Positions 38,910 through 48,820 of a stretch of DNA of 64,000 nucleotides are shown piece by piece. The first letter of the stretch is position 1, and every line of letters starts with the position of its first letter. A program made the translations under genes and the position numbers. The notes below the pieces were generated by a model that saw nothing but the letters and a program-made list of their open reading frames with translations, was not told where the DNA came from and made no database searches. This DNA is from a bacterium (GTDB lineage Bacteria > Actinomycetota > Acidimicrobiia > Spongiisociales > JAHEDJ01), in the NCBI GenBank assembly GCA_024641325.1, contig JAHEDJ010000007.1, positions 3,008-67,007 on the forward strand, read 5' to 3'.

Positions 38910-40568
38910 TCAGCCGGTTTGTCTCAGGTCGCGCCGATCGAACAGCACGGCCGATAGCGCCACCAATCCCACGAACAAACTGGTCAAGACTGCCCCGTGG
39001 CCCCAATGCATACCGTTCAACAGCGGGTCGCTCGTCAGGTAGTAGTAGAACGGTGTCCATTTGGCCAGGCCTGCCAGGCTCTCGCTGAACGGCAGGAAGG
39101 CGTGGAGCACGAACAGGACCAGTGCTAGTCCGACTGTGCCGAAAGCGGCGAAACGGGGCCGTCCCGTTCCGGCACTCAAGGCCAACGACAAGGCGCCGAA
39201 CACCATCCCGAGGAGCGTCACCAGCAGGCAGATGGCCGCGATGTTGCCCATGCTCATTCCCAAGCCCCCGATGAGCGACCCGAGAGCAACCCCGGAGAAA
39301 GTGGCGAAACCGACGATCGCGGCGCCGATCACGATCGAAACAGTCTTCTCGTACACGATCTTCGATCGCTTGATTGGATTGGCGAGCAGCAGGCCCATAG
39401 TGCGGTTCGCTTCTTCTCCGGCCAGCGCCCGTGCCCCGATGGCGATCGTGACCACCATGACTGCGATCGGCGCCATCAGGCCGAACGTTTCTATCTGGTA
39501 GAACCCTTCAGGAGTTCCCAGATCTCCTCCGCCGAACAGGCTGAGGAGTCCCTCGGGGAGGGATTTCCCCATATCGATGAGGAACTCGTCGACCCAGTTG
39601 TACATCGGACCGATCAGGATGCCCATGATCAGGAACTCCACGTAGGACACGACTATGAGCAATCCCTGGTGCTCGGTGAGGGTCTTGATCCAGATTCGTG
39701 AAACCCGTGCCGATCCTGCGAGGCGATCAGCGACCTTCTTGGTCATGGGGTTTGCTCGCAGGCGGTCGATCAGCGAAACGCCGGTGCTTTGTCCTCGAAG
39801 GTCACGCCGGTTCAACCCCACGACGGCCGCCAGTGCGAGCACCGCAATTCCGGCGAACAGAACACCGATGTGGCCCCAGTCGACCCCGTTCAGAACTGGT
39901 TCGGTGGCCGAGTAGTAATACCACGGGAAGACTTTCGCGACGCTTTCGAGACCTTTGATGAGGGGGAACAGTCCGACTCCGATGAAAGAGAGAACCATGA
40001 CTCCGGCCGCAACACCGGACGCCAGTCCGGTCCTGCCGGTCCAGGCGCCGATGGCCATCGCCAGGAATCCGTGAAAGATCGATATGACAAACATGTGCCA
40101 TGCGAGGGCTGCGATGTGCATGCCGCCGATCTGAACGTCCAGCAGGGCCGGGGTTGCCTCACCGAATGCCCAGAGAATCAGAGCACCGACTCCCGTGAGC
40201 CCTATCAAGGAAGCCGCCTTCGACGCGAGAACGTGGGTCCGGCTCTTGGGATTCCCGAGGAGCAGGCCCATCGTGCCGTTGCGTTCTTCGCCGGCGATCG
40301 ATGCCGATCCCATCGAAAGGGCCAGCGCGGCGAGTGTGAGTGCCCCGTACGAGGCATAGATGGCGCCGTAGGCGAGACCCCCTGCATCTGTGTCTTCAGC
40401 GATCCCCATCAGTGCTCGAACCGCCTCCGGCATGCTCGTGTACAGGGAGAGATCGATGTTGCGATATGCCGACATGCCCATTAGAAGGAGCAGGCCAATG
40501 CTCACTGCCCCGATAGCGATCCCCTTCCATCTGTCGAGGAGGTTCTTGGTGAGGACGGTTGCCAGCAT
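38910..40568 (-). CDS. ABC-2-type exporter permease with two tandem permease domains
   Basis: GEERNGTMGLLLGNP..K and GEEANRTMGLLLANP..K, plus two PWYYY/PFYYY motifs. Confidence 0.85.
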   Translation of the reverse strand: MLATVLTKNLLDRWKGIAIGAVSIGLLLLMGMSAYRNIDLSLYTSMPEAVRALMGIAEDTDAGGLAYGAIYASYGALTLAALALSMGSASIAGEERNGTMGLLLGNPKSRTHVLASKAASLIGLTGVGALILWAFGEATPALLDVQIGGMHIAALAWHMFVISIFHGFLAMAIGAWTGRTGLASGVAAGVMVLSFIGVGLFPLIKGLESVAKVFPWYYYSATEPVLNGVDWGHIGVLFAGIAVLALAAVVGLNRRDLRGQSTGVSLIDRLRANPMTKKVADRLAGSARVSRIWIKTLTEHQGLLIVVSYVEFLIMGILIGPMYNWVDEFLIDMGKSLPEGLLSLFGGGDLGTPEGFYQIETFGLMAPIAVMVVTIAIGARALAGEEANRTMGLLLANPIKRSKIVYEKTVSIVIGAAIVGFATFSGVALGSLIGGLGMSMGNIAAICLLVTLLGMVFGALSLALSAGTGRPRFAAFGTVGLALVLFVLHAFLPFSESLAGLAKWTPFYYYLTSDPLLNGMHWGHGAVLTSLFVGLVALSAVLFDRRDLRQTG

Positions 40569-41476
40569 CAGGCCGTGACCTCCTCATCGCGGTAGTAGGT
40601 GAGGAAGATCTCTTCGAGGTCGGCTTCCTGGGTGGTGATGTCCAGAACGTGGAATTGCTCGGTGACGACCTTGAGCAACGTCTCCATCTGTCCGTCGAAG
40701 GAGAGGGTCGCGTGCTCATTCTGCGTGCTGACCTCGCGTACGCCGGGGAGACCTTCGAAGGCGGATCCGTCGATCGGACTGTCGAAGAAGATGCTCACCG
40801 TACGGATCGCTTTCGACCGTAGGCCGGCCACGTCTTCGACCGCGATCAGCTTGCCGTGGCGGATGATGCCGACACGGTTGGCTACTCGTTGCACCTCCGA
40901 CAGCGTGTGGCTGGAGAGAAACACCGTGCGGCCCTCTGCAGCGACCTCACGCATCATCTTCTGGAACTCTCGCTGCACCAGAGGATCGAGACCGGAACTG
41001 GGCTCGTCCATGATCAGAAGATCCGGCCGGTTCATAAAGGCCTGGATCAAACCGACCTTCTGCCGGTTACCCGAGGAGAGGTCCCCCACCTTCTTGTCGA
41101 GATCGGCATCGAGCCTGTCGGCCAGGGCCTCGACGTACGACCACTCAACCCCGCCGCGCAGGTTGGCGAAGTAGGTGAGGGTGTCTCGGCCGGTGAGGTT
41201 GGGGTACATGGCCAGATCACCCGGCACGTAGCCGATATGACGTCGGATCTCCACCGACTGCTCGTGCGTGTCCATGCCGAGAATCGATGCCCGTCCTGCC
41301 GTCGGCCGGATTTCGTCGAGGATCGTGCGGATCATCGTTGTTTTGCCTGCCCCATTTGGGCCTAGAAATCCGAAGATTTCGCCGGGCCGGATGTCCAGAT
41401 CGAGATCGACGAGAGCCTTCACCTCTCCGTAATGCTTCGTGAGTCCCTCGGTGTGGATGGCGATCTGCTCAGTCAT
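40568..41476 (-). CDS. ABC exporter ATP-binding protein
   Basis: GPNGAGKTT, LSSGNRQK, MDEPSSGLDP. Confidence 0.93.
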   Translation of the reverse strand: MTEQIAIHTEGLTKHYGEVKALVDLDLDIRPGEIFGFLGPNGAGKTTMIRTILDEIRPTAGRASILGMDTHEQSVEIRRHIGYVPGDLAMYPNLTGRDTLTYFANLRGGVEWSYVEALADRLDADLDKKVGDLSSGNRQKVGLIQAFMNRPDLLIMDEPSSGLDPLVQREFQKMMREVAAEGRTVFLSSHTLSEVQRVANRVGIIRHGKLIAVEDVAGLRSKAIRTVSIFFDSPIDGSAFEGLPGVREVSTQNEHATLSFDGQMETLLKVVTEQFHVLDITTQEADLEEIFLTYYRDEEVTA

Positions 41477-42135
41477 GCGGGTTCCTTTGCATCATTGGAG
41501 GCGTCGGCGAATGCCTCGGCCCATAGGCTCTTTGTGACGTCGGTAATGATTCCGCCGAGGACATCCATTGCAGGCAGCACGTAGGCAGCGGCGGACTCGG
41601 GATCTCGAGAGAAGTCGGCGGTGATATCCACGCCGAGCAGACGCTCCATGTGCTGGTGGAGAACGATGCCCCCGAGTGACCAGAGCGTGAGAAGGGCGGC
41701 TCGCTGGCGAGGAATGTCGCTGGGGGTTAGTAGACCGGCTGCGACGCCCGTCTCCATGTAGCCGATTGCGTCGTTCACCAACTCGTCGACCAGATCGTCG
41801 ACATGAGGAGACCCATCCACGATCGTTCGTGCTAGATAGCGAAGGAGAGGCGCTCCGCCGACGGTGGACCGCAGCGCCGCTAGGGGGTCGATGCCGGCCC
41901 CTTGTGCCATCGCGCTGCCTTTCTGTTCGCGGATTCGGGCAGCGACGTACTCGTCGCAGGCGACTCGGAGGGCGTCCTTCGACCCGAAGTGATGAATCAC
42001 CAAACCGGCAGAGACGCCGGCGGCAGCTGCGATGGTGCGGAGACTGGTGGAATCTATGCCCTCGGCGGCGAAACACTCCATGGCCGCATCGCGGATGCGG
42101 GCTTTGGCCGTGCGGTCATCGACGCCTGAACGCAT
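41473..42135 (-). CDS. TetR family regulator, probably leaderless
   Basis: ARIRDAAMECFA..SLRTIAAAAGVSAGLVIHHFGSKDAL; TAGATT -10-like box 7 nt before ATG 42135. Confidence 0.9.
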   Translation of the reverse strand: MRSGVDDRTAKARIRDAAMECFAAEGIDSTSLRTIAAAAGVSAGLVIHHFGSKDALRVACDEYVAARIREQKGSAMAQGAGIDPLAALRSTVGGAPLLRYLARTIVDGSPHVDDLVDELVNDAIGYMETGVAAGLLTPSDIPRQRAALLTLWSLGGIVLHQHMERLLGVDITADFSRDPESAAAYVLPAMDVLGGIITDVTKSLWAEAFADASNDAKEPA

Positions 42136-42160
42136 GTTCAATAATCTAAACGCACGTTCT
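42127..42160. promoter_or_regulatory. candidate tandem TetR operators over the start codon and -10 box
   Basis: tgaac-gcat-gttca (42127-42140) and taaac-gcac-gttct (42147-42160). Confidence 0.55.
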
Positions 42161-42260
42161 GTCTCGCGCAAACCGCCGAACCGTTCTGGCGTCGATTCTT
42201 CCACTTCTGTTGGGAGCCGTTGAAGTCAGAACAGGACTGGTGTTGGTCTAGCCTCTCCGT

Positions 42261-42788
42261 GTGTTCCGGCGTGTTGGACTGATTGTGGTGCTGGCTCTCG
42301 CGGCGTGTTCGGGTGAGGCCGGATCGTCGACGGCCGTTACCACTCCAGATACCACGCCGGCCACTTCAACTACGCCGCATACCAGTACGACAACGCTGCC
42401 GACCCTCGAGTCGTGTGCAGACATCCCGTACCGACCGCTGGTAGTGCCCGATCGAGCAGCGGGTTTGGAGACGGATCCAGCCGATCTGGGCGATGATCCG
42501 TACTCCACCATCCCCGGAACGACCATTCGTCTCTGGGTCGATACGGACTCCGAACCCGTCATGGCGCTTGTGCGAGGGGCGTTGCCCCCGGAACCATGGG
42601 CGGGCCCGACCGCCCGTGTCGAGGTGTTGCGCGAAGCCGCCGCGCTCGGTCCGTTGCAAGACGGTGTGTGGGCGGTGGCCTGGTTTGAGAGTGAGGATCG
42701 CTGCGATCTCTACACGCTCGTCCTCTATCCGCCGACGTCTGCCGAGGAGGCGCTCTCGGTGGCGGAATCGCTGATACCGGACAGATGA
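42261..42788 (+). CDS. hypothetical lipoprotein with T/P-rich linker
   Basis: Lipobox LAAC, TTPDTTPATSTT linker. Confidence 0.7.
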   Translation: MFRRVGLIVVLALAACSGEAGSSTAVTTPDTTPATSTTPHTSTTTLPTLESCADIPYRPLVVPDRAAGLETDPADLGDDPYSTIPGTTIRLWVDTDSEPVMALVRGALPPEPWAGPTARVEVLREAAALGPLQDGVWAVAWFESEDRCDLYTLVLYPPTSAEEALSVAESLIPDR

Positions 42789-42798
42789 GGACGCGGCC

Positions 42799-42824
42799 GG
42801 GCCGGTGGCGAAAACCACCGGCCC
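42799..42824. terminator. hairpin between convergent genes
   Basis: gggccggtgg-cgaaaa-ccaccggccc. Confidence 0.7.
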
Positions 42825-42852
42825 AACACTCTATCTGCCCACGAGTACGTGG

Positions 42853-43848
42853 CTACATGGGTTCGCGGGGAGCGGGTTCCTCGCCGGGTTCGAACACCGG
42901 GTTGCTTGCCGTAACCCGGGTCGCCTTCGCCGCGCCCGTCGGTTCGACATCGATGAACAAGTCGCGCAGAGCGCCGAGGCTTCCGAGAATGCCCGAAGTC
43001 TCCAACGGCAGGAATATCTTCGTTGCCTGCCCGTCTGCGATTCCCTGCAACGCCTCCAGGTAGCGGATGGCGATCAGGTCCGGTGTCGGGTCGCCCGTGT
43101 GGATGGCGCCGAACACACGCTCGATGGCCTGTCCTTCACCTTCGGCGACCGTGAGCTTCTGGTATTTGTCGGCGTCGGCCACACGCTTGATGGCCTCTGC
43201 TTCACCTTCGGCCCTCAGGATCTGCGCTTCCTTCACACCCTCTGCTTTGAGGATGGCGGACCGCTTCTGACCTTCGGCCTCCGTGACGATCGCACGCCGG
43301 TCGCGCTCTGCCTTCATCTGGCGGTGCATGGCGTCGGTGACATCCGGTGGCGGCTCGATCCGCTGGATCTCGACACGGACCACGCGGGTTCCCCACTTGT
43401 CGGTCGCCTCGTCGAGGATCGCCCGCAACGTCGTGTTGATCAACTCACGCGAAGTCAGCGCCTCGTCGAGTTGCAGATCACCGATGACGTTACGGAGGTT
43501 CGTCTGTGCAAGCTTGATGACCGCCTGGGCGAAGTTCTGCACGTTGTACTGAAGCTTCACCGGATCGGTTGCCTCGTAATAGATGACCGCGTCGACGGTG
43601 ACGACCACGTTGTCCTTGGTGATGACCTCTTGCGGCGGAACGTCGATGACCCGTTCACGCATGTCGACCTTCGTCATGCGCTTCACGAATGGCATAACCC
43701 AGCGCAGGCCTTCTCCTACCGTTCGCTCGTACCTACCCAGGAACTCGATGAGCCCCTGTTCGAACGGGCGAACCACCTTGAGGCCCATCGCGGCGATCAC
43801 GATCGCCATCAACGCGAGGACGATCAGTAATCCAATCAATGCCTCCAT
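42853..43848 (-). CDS. SPFH/band-7 (stomatin/QmcA-like) protein
   Basis: [29 protein letters not shown] repeats. Confidence 0.93.
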   Translation of the reverse strand: MEALIGLLIVLALMAIVIAAMGLKVVRPFEQGLIEFLGRYERTVGEGLRWVMPFVKRMTKVDMRERVIDVPPQEVITKDNVVVTVDAVIYYEATDPVKLQYNVQNFAQAVIKLAQTNLRNVIGDLQLDEALTSRELINTTLRAILDEATDKWGTRVVRVEIQRIEPPPDVTDAMHRQMKAERDRRAIVTEAEGQKRSAILKAEGVKEAQILRAEGEAEAIKRVADADKYQKLTVAEGEGQAIERVFGAIHTGDPTPDLIAIRYLEALQGIADGQATKIFLPLETSGILGSLGALRDLFIDVEPTGAAKATRVTASNPVFEPGEEPAPREPM

Positions 43849-43942
43849 GTCTTCTCCCTTTCTCCTGTTGCTTGTCCTGGTTCTTCAAAGCTCGGCTGCT
43901 ACAAGTTGGGCACCGCGGGTGCCTCCTCGATCTTCGTTCGGG

Positions 43943-44746
43943 TCATGCCGGATCGTCCGCGGTCACTACGAGGCGGGACCCGGTGATACGAATCACCCTG
44001 ACGGGTGTGCCCTCCTCGATGATCTCGCCCTCGGTTGTGGCTCGCCACTTCTCCGACTCCATCCGCACCATGCCCGTGCTGGCTACGGGGTCGATTGTCT
44101 CGAGGACTATGGCCTTGGCGTGGAGGTAGCGGTTGCTGCCTACCGGAGTCGGCTCGTGGTCGTCTTGATGGTGCACGAACCGTCGCACGAAGAACAGTGA
44201 GAGGATCGACACGACGAAGAACGTGATCCATTGAGCTGCCGGCCCGGCCTCGAACCAGGCGAGCAGGCCTGCCGCTGCCGCCCCGATGCCGAATGGCAGC
44301 AGGAAGAATCCTGCCGTGAACATCTCGCCGATCAACATAACGACGGCGAGGATCGTCCAGACCCAGCGCCATACCTCAAAGTCCATGCCTTCGTCTCCTT
44401 TCCCAATCCAGTACCCAAAAACCGTCACTGCCGCGACCGAAACTATGTAGATCAAGAACGCCATTCGTGCGTTCCTCCGGCGTTCAGCCGTGCCGCTCTT
44501 GACTTCTTGCCATGTCGGCAGATCTCCGGATGCACGGCTGCGCTGCTCCGCTGCCCAGGCCTCCGCGAAGGCCGCAATGTCGGGCCCCATCACCATGATG
44601 GGAGTCTTGCCCTCGCTCGCAGCCTCGTTGAGGTGTTGTTCCAGCTCGATCCGCATCTCGTTCGCTGTATGTCGCGGCACACGTGTCTGTAACCAATAGC
44701 GTTCGCAGTCGGCGGCCATTTCGGTCACTGATCTATCGGTCGACAC
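43943..44746 (-). CDS. HAAS/DUF1129-like N-terminal domain fused to a NfeD/YbbJ-like C-terminal domain
   Basis: ELEQHLNEAASEG..GPDIAAFAEAW; then MDFEVWRWVW..GEMFTAGFFLLPFG..GMVRMESEKWRA..VRVIRITGSRLVV. Confidence 0.8.
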   Translation of the reverse strand: MSTDRSVTEMAADCERYWLQTRVPRHTANEMRIELEQHLNEAASEGKTPIMVMGPDIAAFAEAWAAEQRSRASGDLPTWQEVKSGTAERRRNARMAFLIYIVSVAAVTVFGYWIGKGDEGMDFEVWRWVWTILAVVMLIGEMFTAGFFLLPFGIGAAAAGLLAWFEAGPAAQWITFFVVSILSLFFVRRFVHHQDDHEPTPVGSNRYLHAKAIVLETIDPVASTGMVRMESEKWRATTEGEIIEEGTPVRVIRITGSRLVVTADDPA

Positions 44747-45077
44747 GTGCACCTCCATCCAGAACTCGACTCACGCCTTCCGCCAATTCCAGCCACTCGC
44801 CCTCCCAAACGGCGAGGCGTTCTTCGCCATCCGGAAGGATTCTGTAGTACTTCCTTCTCGGCCCCTCGGTCGACGCCACCAGATAGCCCTCGATGAGCTC
44901 CTGTCGCTGGAGCCTGCTGAGCAGCGGGTAGATGCTGCCTTCGCTGGCCAGCGACAGTCCGCGCTCATGCAGTTTCCGGACCATCTCGTAGCCGTAGCTC
45001 GGTTCCTCGGCGATGATTGCCAGCAGGCACATATCGAGCACGCCCTTGAGGAGCTGTGAGCTACGTTCGACGCTCAT
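44733..45077 (-). CDS. PadR family transcriptional regulator
   Basis: LLKGVLDMCLL, YGYEMV, EGSIYPLLSRL, RRKYY. Confidence 0.93.
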   Translation of the reverse strand: MSVERSSQLLKGVLDMCLLAIIAEEPSYGYEMVRKLHERGLSLASEGSIYPLLSRLQRQELIEGYLVASTEGPRRKYYRILPDGEERLAVWEGEWLELAEGVSRVLDGGARVDR

Positions 45078-45088
45078 TTCTTCACTAC

Positions 45089-45128
45089 CATGCAATGCAG
45101 CATAGCAAACATTACCTTGCAGTGCAAG
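45089..45128. promoter_or_regulatory. candidate PadR operators
   Basis: cttgca-g-tgcaag (45116-45128) and degenerate catgca-a-tgcagc (45089-45101) immediately upstream of padR. Confidence 0.5.
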
Positions 45129-45167
45129 ATAGCTAGCGGAGCGTCGTTTGGTCCTCAACCGCCGATA

Positions 45168-45201
45168 GTTGAAGCGCCGACCCGAGGGCCGGCGCTTCAA
45201 C
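45168..45201 (-). terminator. hairpin downstream of the protease gene
   Basis: gttgaagcgccg-N10-cggcgcttcaac. Confidence 0.65.
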
Positions 45202-45224
45202 CTGTTACCTGTTGCCTGTGACCT

Positions 45225-46817
45225 CTAGAAGTCCATGATGGCGACGAACGTGGCCAGCGCTTGATCGAGGGCGTCGAGGTCCGCGTCGGTCACGACCTGC
45301 ATCTGGACCAGCATGACGAACGACCCGTCTGCCGGCTGGGCGGCAACGTTGACGATCGACGAGTCGGTTCCGCCGCACGATTCCCACACGTCCCACAGAC
45401 CAACGTAGAGGCCGTCATCGTAGGCCTCCCTGCCTCCGTCGATGCAGGCATCGGGGAAGCCGTGATAGTCGAGCATATCGTCGAGACTCCACGAATCGCC
45501 GAGGCTCGGGGAGGCTCCGAAGAAGATGCCCGGCGTCGTCCACGTACCGAAATAGCCGTCGAGATCTGTAGAAGCGACCACCTGGATGCCAACGTCAGTT
45601 CCCTCGAGGTTCCAAGCACCGGAGACGATGTCTGTCCAGGATGACGGAACGTCAACATAGAGCGAACCCGTGTCGTCGGAGATCTCCATGTAGTCGCCGT
45701 AGTCGACACCTGAATCGACTATGTCGTCATCGAGTTCCGTCCCGAATGAGAATGAAACCTGGAGCTCTTCGTCCGAGTTGAGGGTCCCTTCGAGGAACTC
45801 GCCAGTGTCGGGTCGATAGATCTCGATCGCGAGCGGGTCGCTGGCATCGTGCGAGCGCAAGATGTCGCAGTAGTCGGACATCGTCCCATCGGTTGCCAGG
45901 ACGAGGCCCTCGAGCAGGGTCACGACGTCGCCACCCTTGATTCCTGCGATCTGGGCGGGTGAGCCCGACTCGACCGATGCAACCCAGATACCGGAGAACC
46001 CGTCACCGACGAAGGCCTGGCCGTTGATCCCGAGCGACGTGACGTCTTCACCAGAAACGAGGCGATCAAGGACTCGCTCCGCCTCTCCGCGACCGATTGC
46101 GTAGGACTGCCCGGCCGAGTCGCCGGCATAGGTGACCGCCACGACCTTCCCGTCAGCGGTGACCACCGGCCCGCCGGAGTTGCCCGGCAGGATGTCGGCC
46201 GAGTGCTCGATAACGCTGTCCACGGACGACCAGGTGGTCTCTCCGCCCGCGTCTTCCTTTGAGACGATTCCGTCGAGGATGGTGTACTCCTCGGTTCCGA
46301 GCGGAAAACCGATGGCGTAGATGTCCATTCCGGCGACGACGTCGCCGTCGAACCACTCGACATAGGGATACCCGTCCCCGTCGATGTCGATTACCGCGAG
46401 ATCAGAGCATTCGGAGACGCCGAGCACCCGGGCGTTGCGGGGATCGGTTTCGCCGCCCACGTAGACCTGGAGGAACGCAGCCCCGGTGACCACGTGGTTG
46501 TTGGTGACCGCGATGCCGGTCGGGTCGATGATGAATCCAGAACCGCTGCCGGCCGCATTGAGCTGAGTTCCGTAGTCCGGGTCGACGAACGTGCCTTGGG
46601 CGACGATACGAATCGTGGCTCCCTTGACGTCCGGAAGCGATGCGACCGCTCCACTCTCGGGCTGGGTTGGAGGTGTGGTCTCGGCAACGGTGGCCTCGGT
46701 GGCTTCGGTGCTGGGGCTACTGGTAGTGGTGGTCTCTTCGCTACCGCCGCCACAGGCGGCCAGGATCAGCGAGACAATCGTCACGAAGACGATTCCACGG
46801 ACGGCTTTGATGCTCAT
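45225..46817 (-). CDS. S1C (HtrA-like) serine protease lipoprotein with PDZ and an acidic C-terminal domain
   Basis: Lipobox LAAC, GSGSGFII, TNNHVV, DLAVI, PGNSGGP, PDZ-like SGSPAQIAGIKGGDVV. Confidence 0.88.
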   Translation of the reverse strand: MSIKAVRGIVFVTIVSLILAACGGGSEETTTTSSPSTEATEATVAETTPPTQPESGAVASLPDVKGATIRIVAQGTFVDPDYGTQLNAAGSGSGFIIDPTGIAVTNNHVVTGAAFLQVYVGGETDPRNARVLGVSECSDLAVIDIDGDGYPYVEWFDGDVVAGMDIYAIGFPLGTEEYTILDGIVSKEDAGGETTWSSVDSVIEHSADILPGNSGGPVVTADGKVVAVTYAGDSAGQSYAIGRGEAERVLDRLVSGEDVTSLGINGQAFVGDGFSGIWVASVESGSPAQIAGIKGGDVVTLLEGLVLATDGTMSDYCDILRSHDASDPLAIEIYRPDTGEFLEGTLNSDEELQVSFSFGTELDDDIVDSGVDYGDYMEISDDTGSLYVDVPSSWTDIVSGAWNLEGTDVGIQVVASTDLDGYFGTWTTPGIFFGASPSLGDSWSLDDMLDYHGFPDACIDGGREAYDDGLYVGLWDVWESCGGTDSSIVNVAAQPADGSFVMLVQMQVVTDADLDALDQALATFVAIMDF

Positions 46818-47015
46818 TGCGGCCTTCCCTATCGACTTTCGTATGCTCCTGCCGGTCGGAACCGCCAAGGTCAAGTCCCCCAGCCAATCCTAGGTATCGG
46901 TCGATCATCGCCCGCGCTTTACGAACCTGATTGTGCTCGGTTCCGCTGGTTCGATCCGTTTCCTATCCGGAAATCCATGCCAAGAGCGTCGGCCTTGTGC
47001 CAGGCTGATGTATTC

Positions 47016-48023
47016 ATGCCGACTGTCGACGTCCTAGAGCTCCGCAAAGTCTTCAAGGTGCCGGTTCGCGAAACCGGTCTCCGTAACTCGCTGCGCTCCC
47101 TGTTCCGCCGTGAACACCGAATGGTCCATGCCGTCCGGGGTGTCTCGTTTTCGTTGGAGCCCGGGGAGATCGTCGGGTTCCTCGGGCCTAACGGCGCCGG
47201 GAAGACCACGACGCTCAAGATGCTGTCGGGCCTTCTGTATCCGGATGGGGGAGAAGCTCACGTGCTCGGATTCCGGCCCGAGCGACGCGAGGCGGAGTTC
47301 CTGCGGCGGGTGGCCTTGATCATGGGCAATCGCAATAGCCTCCAATGGGACCTGCCGGTGGCGGACTCGCTGGAACTGCGGCGGGCGATCTACGAGGTGG
47401 ATCGTGTCGACTTCGAGGTGCGCAAGGCCGCTTACACGGAGATGCTCGATGTCGGGGAGCTTCTCACGAAACCGGTTCGGAACCTGTCGCTCGGTGAACG
47501 GATGAAGGTCGAAATCCTCGCTTCGCTGGTGCCGCACCCGCAGGTGCTCTTTCTCGACGAGCCGACCATCGGCCTCGACATCACCATGCAGAAGCGGATC
47601 AGAGAGTTCGTCGCGACGTACGCGGCCGACACCGGTGCCAGCGTCCTGCTCACCAGCCACTACATGGCCGACGTCACTGCCCTGGCCGAGCGGGTGATAG
47701 TCATCCACCACGGCAATATTCTGTTCGATGGCAATCTGGCCGGGTTGTCGGATCGATTCACCGCCCACAAGACGATCGTGGTGGCCGTGGCGGGAGAGCT
47801 CGGCCCGCTGGCTCATTTGGGCCGGGTTGTCGAGCAGAATTCATTCAAAGCCATTCTTGAAGTCTCCCGCGATGAGATTGCGACGGTGGCCGCCCGTTTG
47901 CTGGCCGACTACTCGGTGACAGACCTGTCGATTGAAGATCCGCCGATCGAGGACGTTATCGAACAGGCCTTTGCGATCGGCGAGGCGCAGGAAGCCGAGG
48001 AGGCGGGAGAAGCGCACCCGTGA
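47016..48023 (+). CDS. ABC transporter ATP-binding protein
   Basis: From ATG 47016; GPNGAGKTT, LSLGERMK, FLDEPTIGLD. Confidence 0.93.
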   Translation: MPTVDVLELRKVFKVPVRETGLRNSLRSLFRREHRMVHAVRGVSFSLEPGEIVGFLGPNGAGKTTTLKMLSGLLYPDGGEAHVLGFRPERREAEFLRRVALIMGNRNSLQWDLPVADSLELRRAIYEVDRVDFEVRKAAYTEMLDVGELLTKPVRNLSLGERMKVEILASLVPHPQVLFLDEPTIGLDITMQKRIREFVATYAADTGASVLLTSHYMADVTALAERVIVIHHGNILFDGNLAGLSDRFTAHKTIVVAVAGELGPLAHLGRVVEQNSFKAILEVSRDEIATVAARLLADYSVTDLSIEDPPIEDVIEQAFAIGEAQEAEEAGEAHP

Positions 48024-48820
48024 GGAAACTGATCGCCGTCTACGCGGCGGAGATGAAGTTCGCGGTTTCCAATCAAATGCAGTACCGGTGGGCAGCGTTC
48101 TTCCAGCTGACCGGTTTCCTGATCGAACCGGTGGTGTACCTCGTCGTATGGCGGACGGTGGCCGAGTCGGGCGGCCCGATCGGTGGCTACGGAGTCGCCG
48201 AGTTCACGTCGTACTACATCGTCTGGACCCTCGTCCGGAACATGAACCTGGCACTGGCGCCGGGATCCTGGGACTATTGGATCCAATCGGGGCGTATTTC
48301 GAACGATCTCATGCATCCTGTTCCGATCTTCCACCGGCAGCTGGCTGCCTTTGCAGGTTTCAAGTTCGTCTGGATTCTTCTGTGGTTTCCGGTGGCGGCC
48401 GGCCTCTCGCTCATCTTCAAGCCGGACTTGAGTCCGACACTGCTGCAAGGCCTGGTGTTCTTCGTAGCGATCTGGCTCGGCTATGTCATCCGCTTCTCGA
48501 TCCTCTTCTTGATGGGGCTCGTGAGCTTCTGGACGACGCGGGCTCAAGCCTTGATTGAGATCGTGATCGGGGCCGAGTTGTTGCTTTCCGGGCGGCTTGT
48601 ACCGCTGGCGGTTATGCCCGACTGGGTGGAACGACTGGCCGGATGGTTGCCGTTTCAATGGACGTTCCAGTATCCGATTGAGGTCCTGATCGGCCGCCTC
48701 AGCGACCGGGATGTGTTCGTCGGCTTCGGGCTGCAGTTCCTTTGGATAGGACTCCTCACCGGCAGCGTCGTCTTGGTTTGGCGAAGAGCGATCAAGCGGT
48801 ATACGGCGGTCGGATCATGA
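48020..48820 (+). CDS. ABC-2 family permease (DUF990-like)
   Basis: MQYRWAAF, SGRISNDLMHP, LSGRLVPL, LPFQW. Confidence 0.85.
   Translation: MRKLIAVYAAEMKFAVSNQMQYRWAAFFQLTGFLIEPVVYLVVWRTVAESGGPIGGYGVAEFTSYYIVWTLVRNMNLALAPGSWDYWIQSGRISNDLMHPVPIFHRQLAAFAGFKFVWILLWFPVAAGLSLIFKPDLSPTLLQGLVFFVAIWLGYVIRFSILFLMGLVSFWTTRAQALIEIVIGAELLLSGRLVPLAVMPDWVERLAGWLPFQWTFQYPIEVLIGRLSDRDVFVGFGLQFLWIGLLTGSVVLVWRRAIKRYTAVGS

Noticed and set aside
42805-43830. 341-aa plus-strand ORF, and similar long antisense ORFs (e.g. 3788-4747, 32276-33247, 56259-57239)
   Set aside because: They lie opposite well-supported genes and show no recognisable domains
46494-47015. N-terminal extension of the ABC ATPase ORF
   Set aside because: Antisense to the protease gene; ATG 47016 gives a normal-length ATPase
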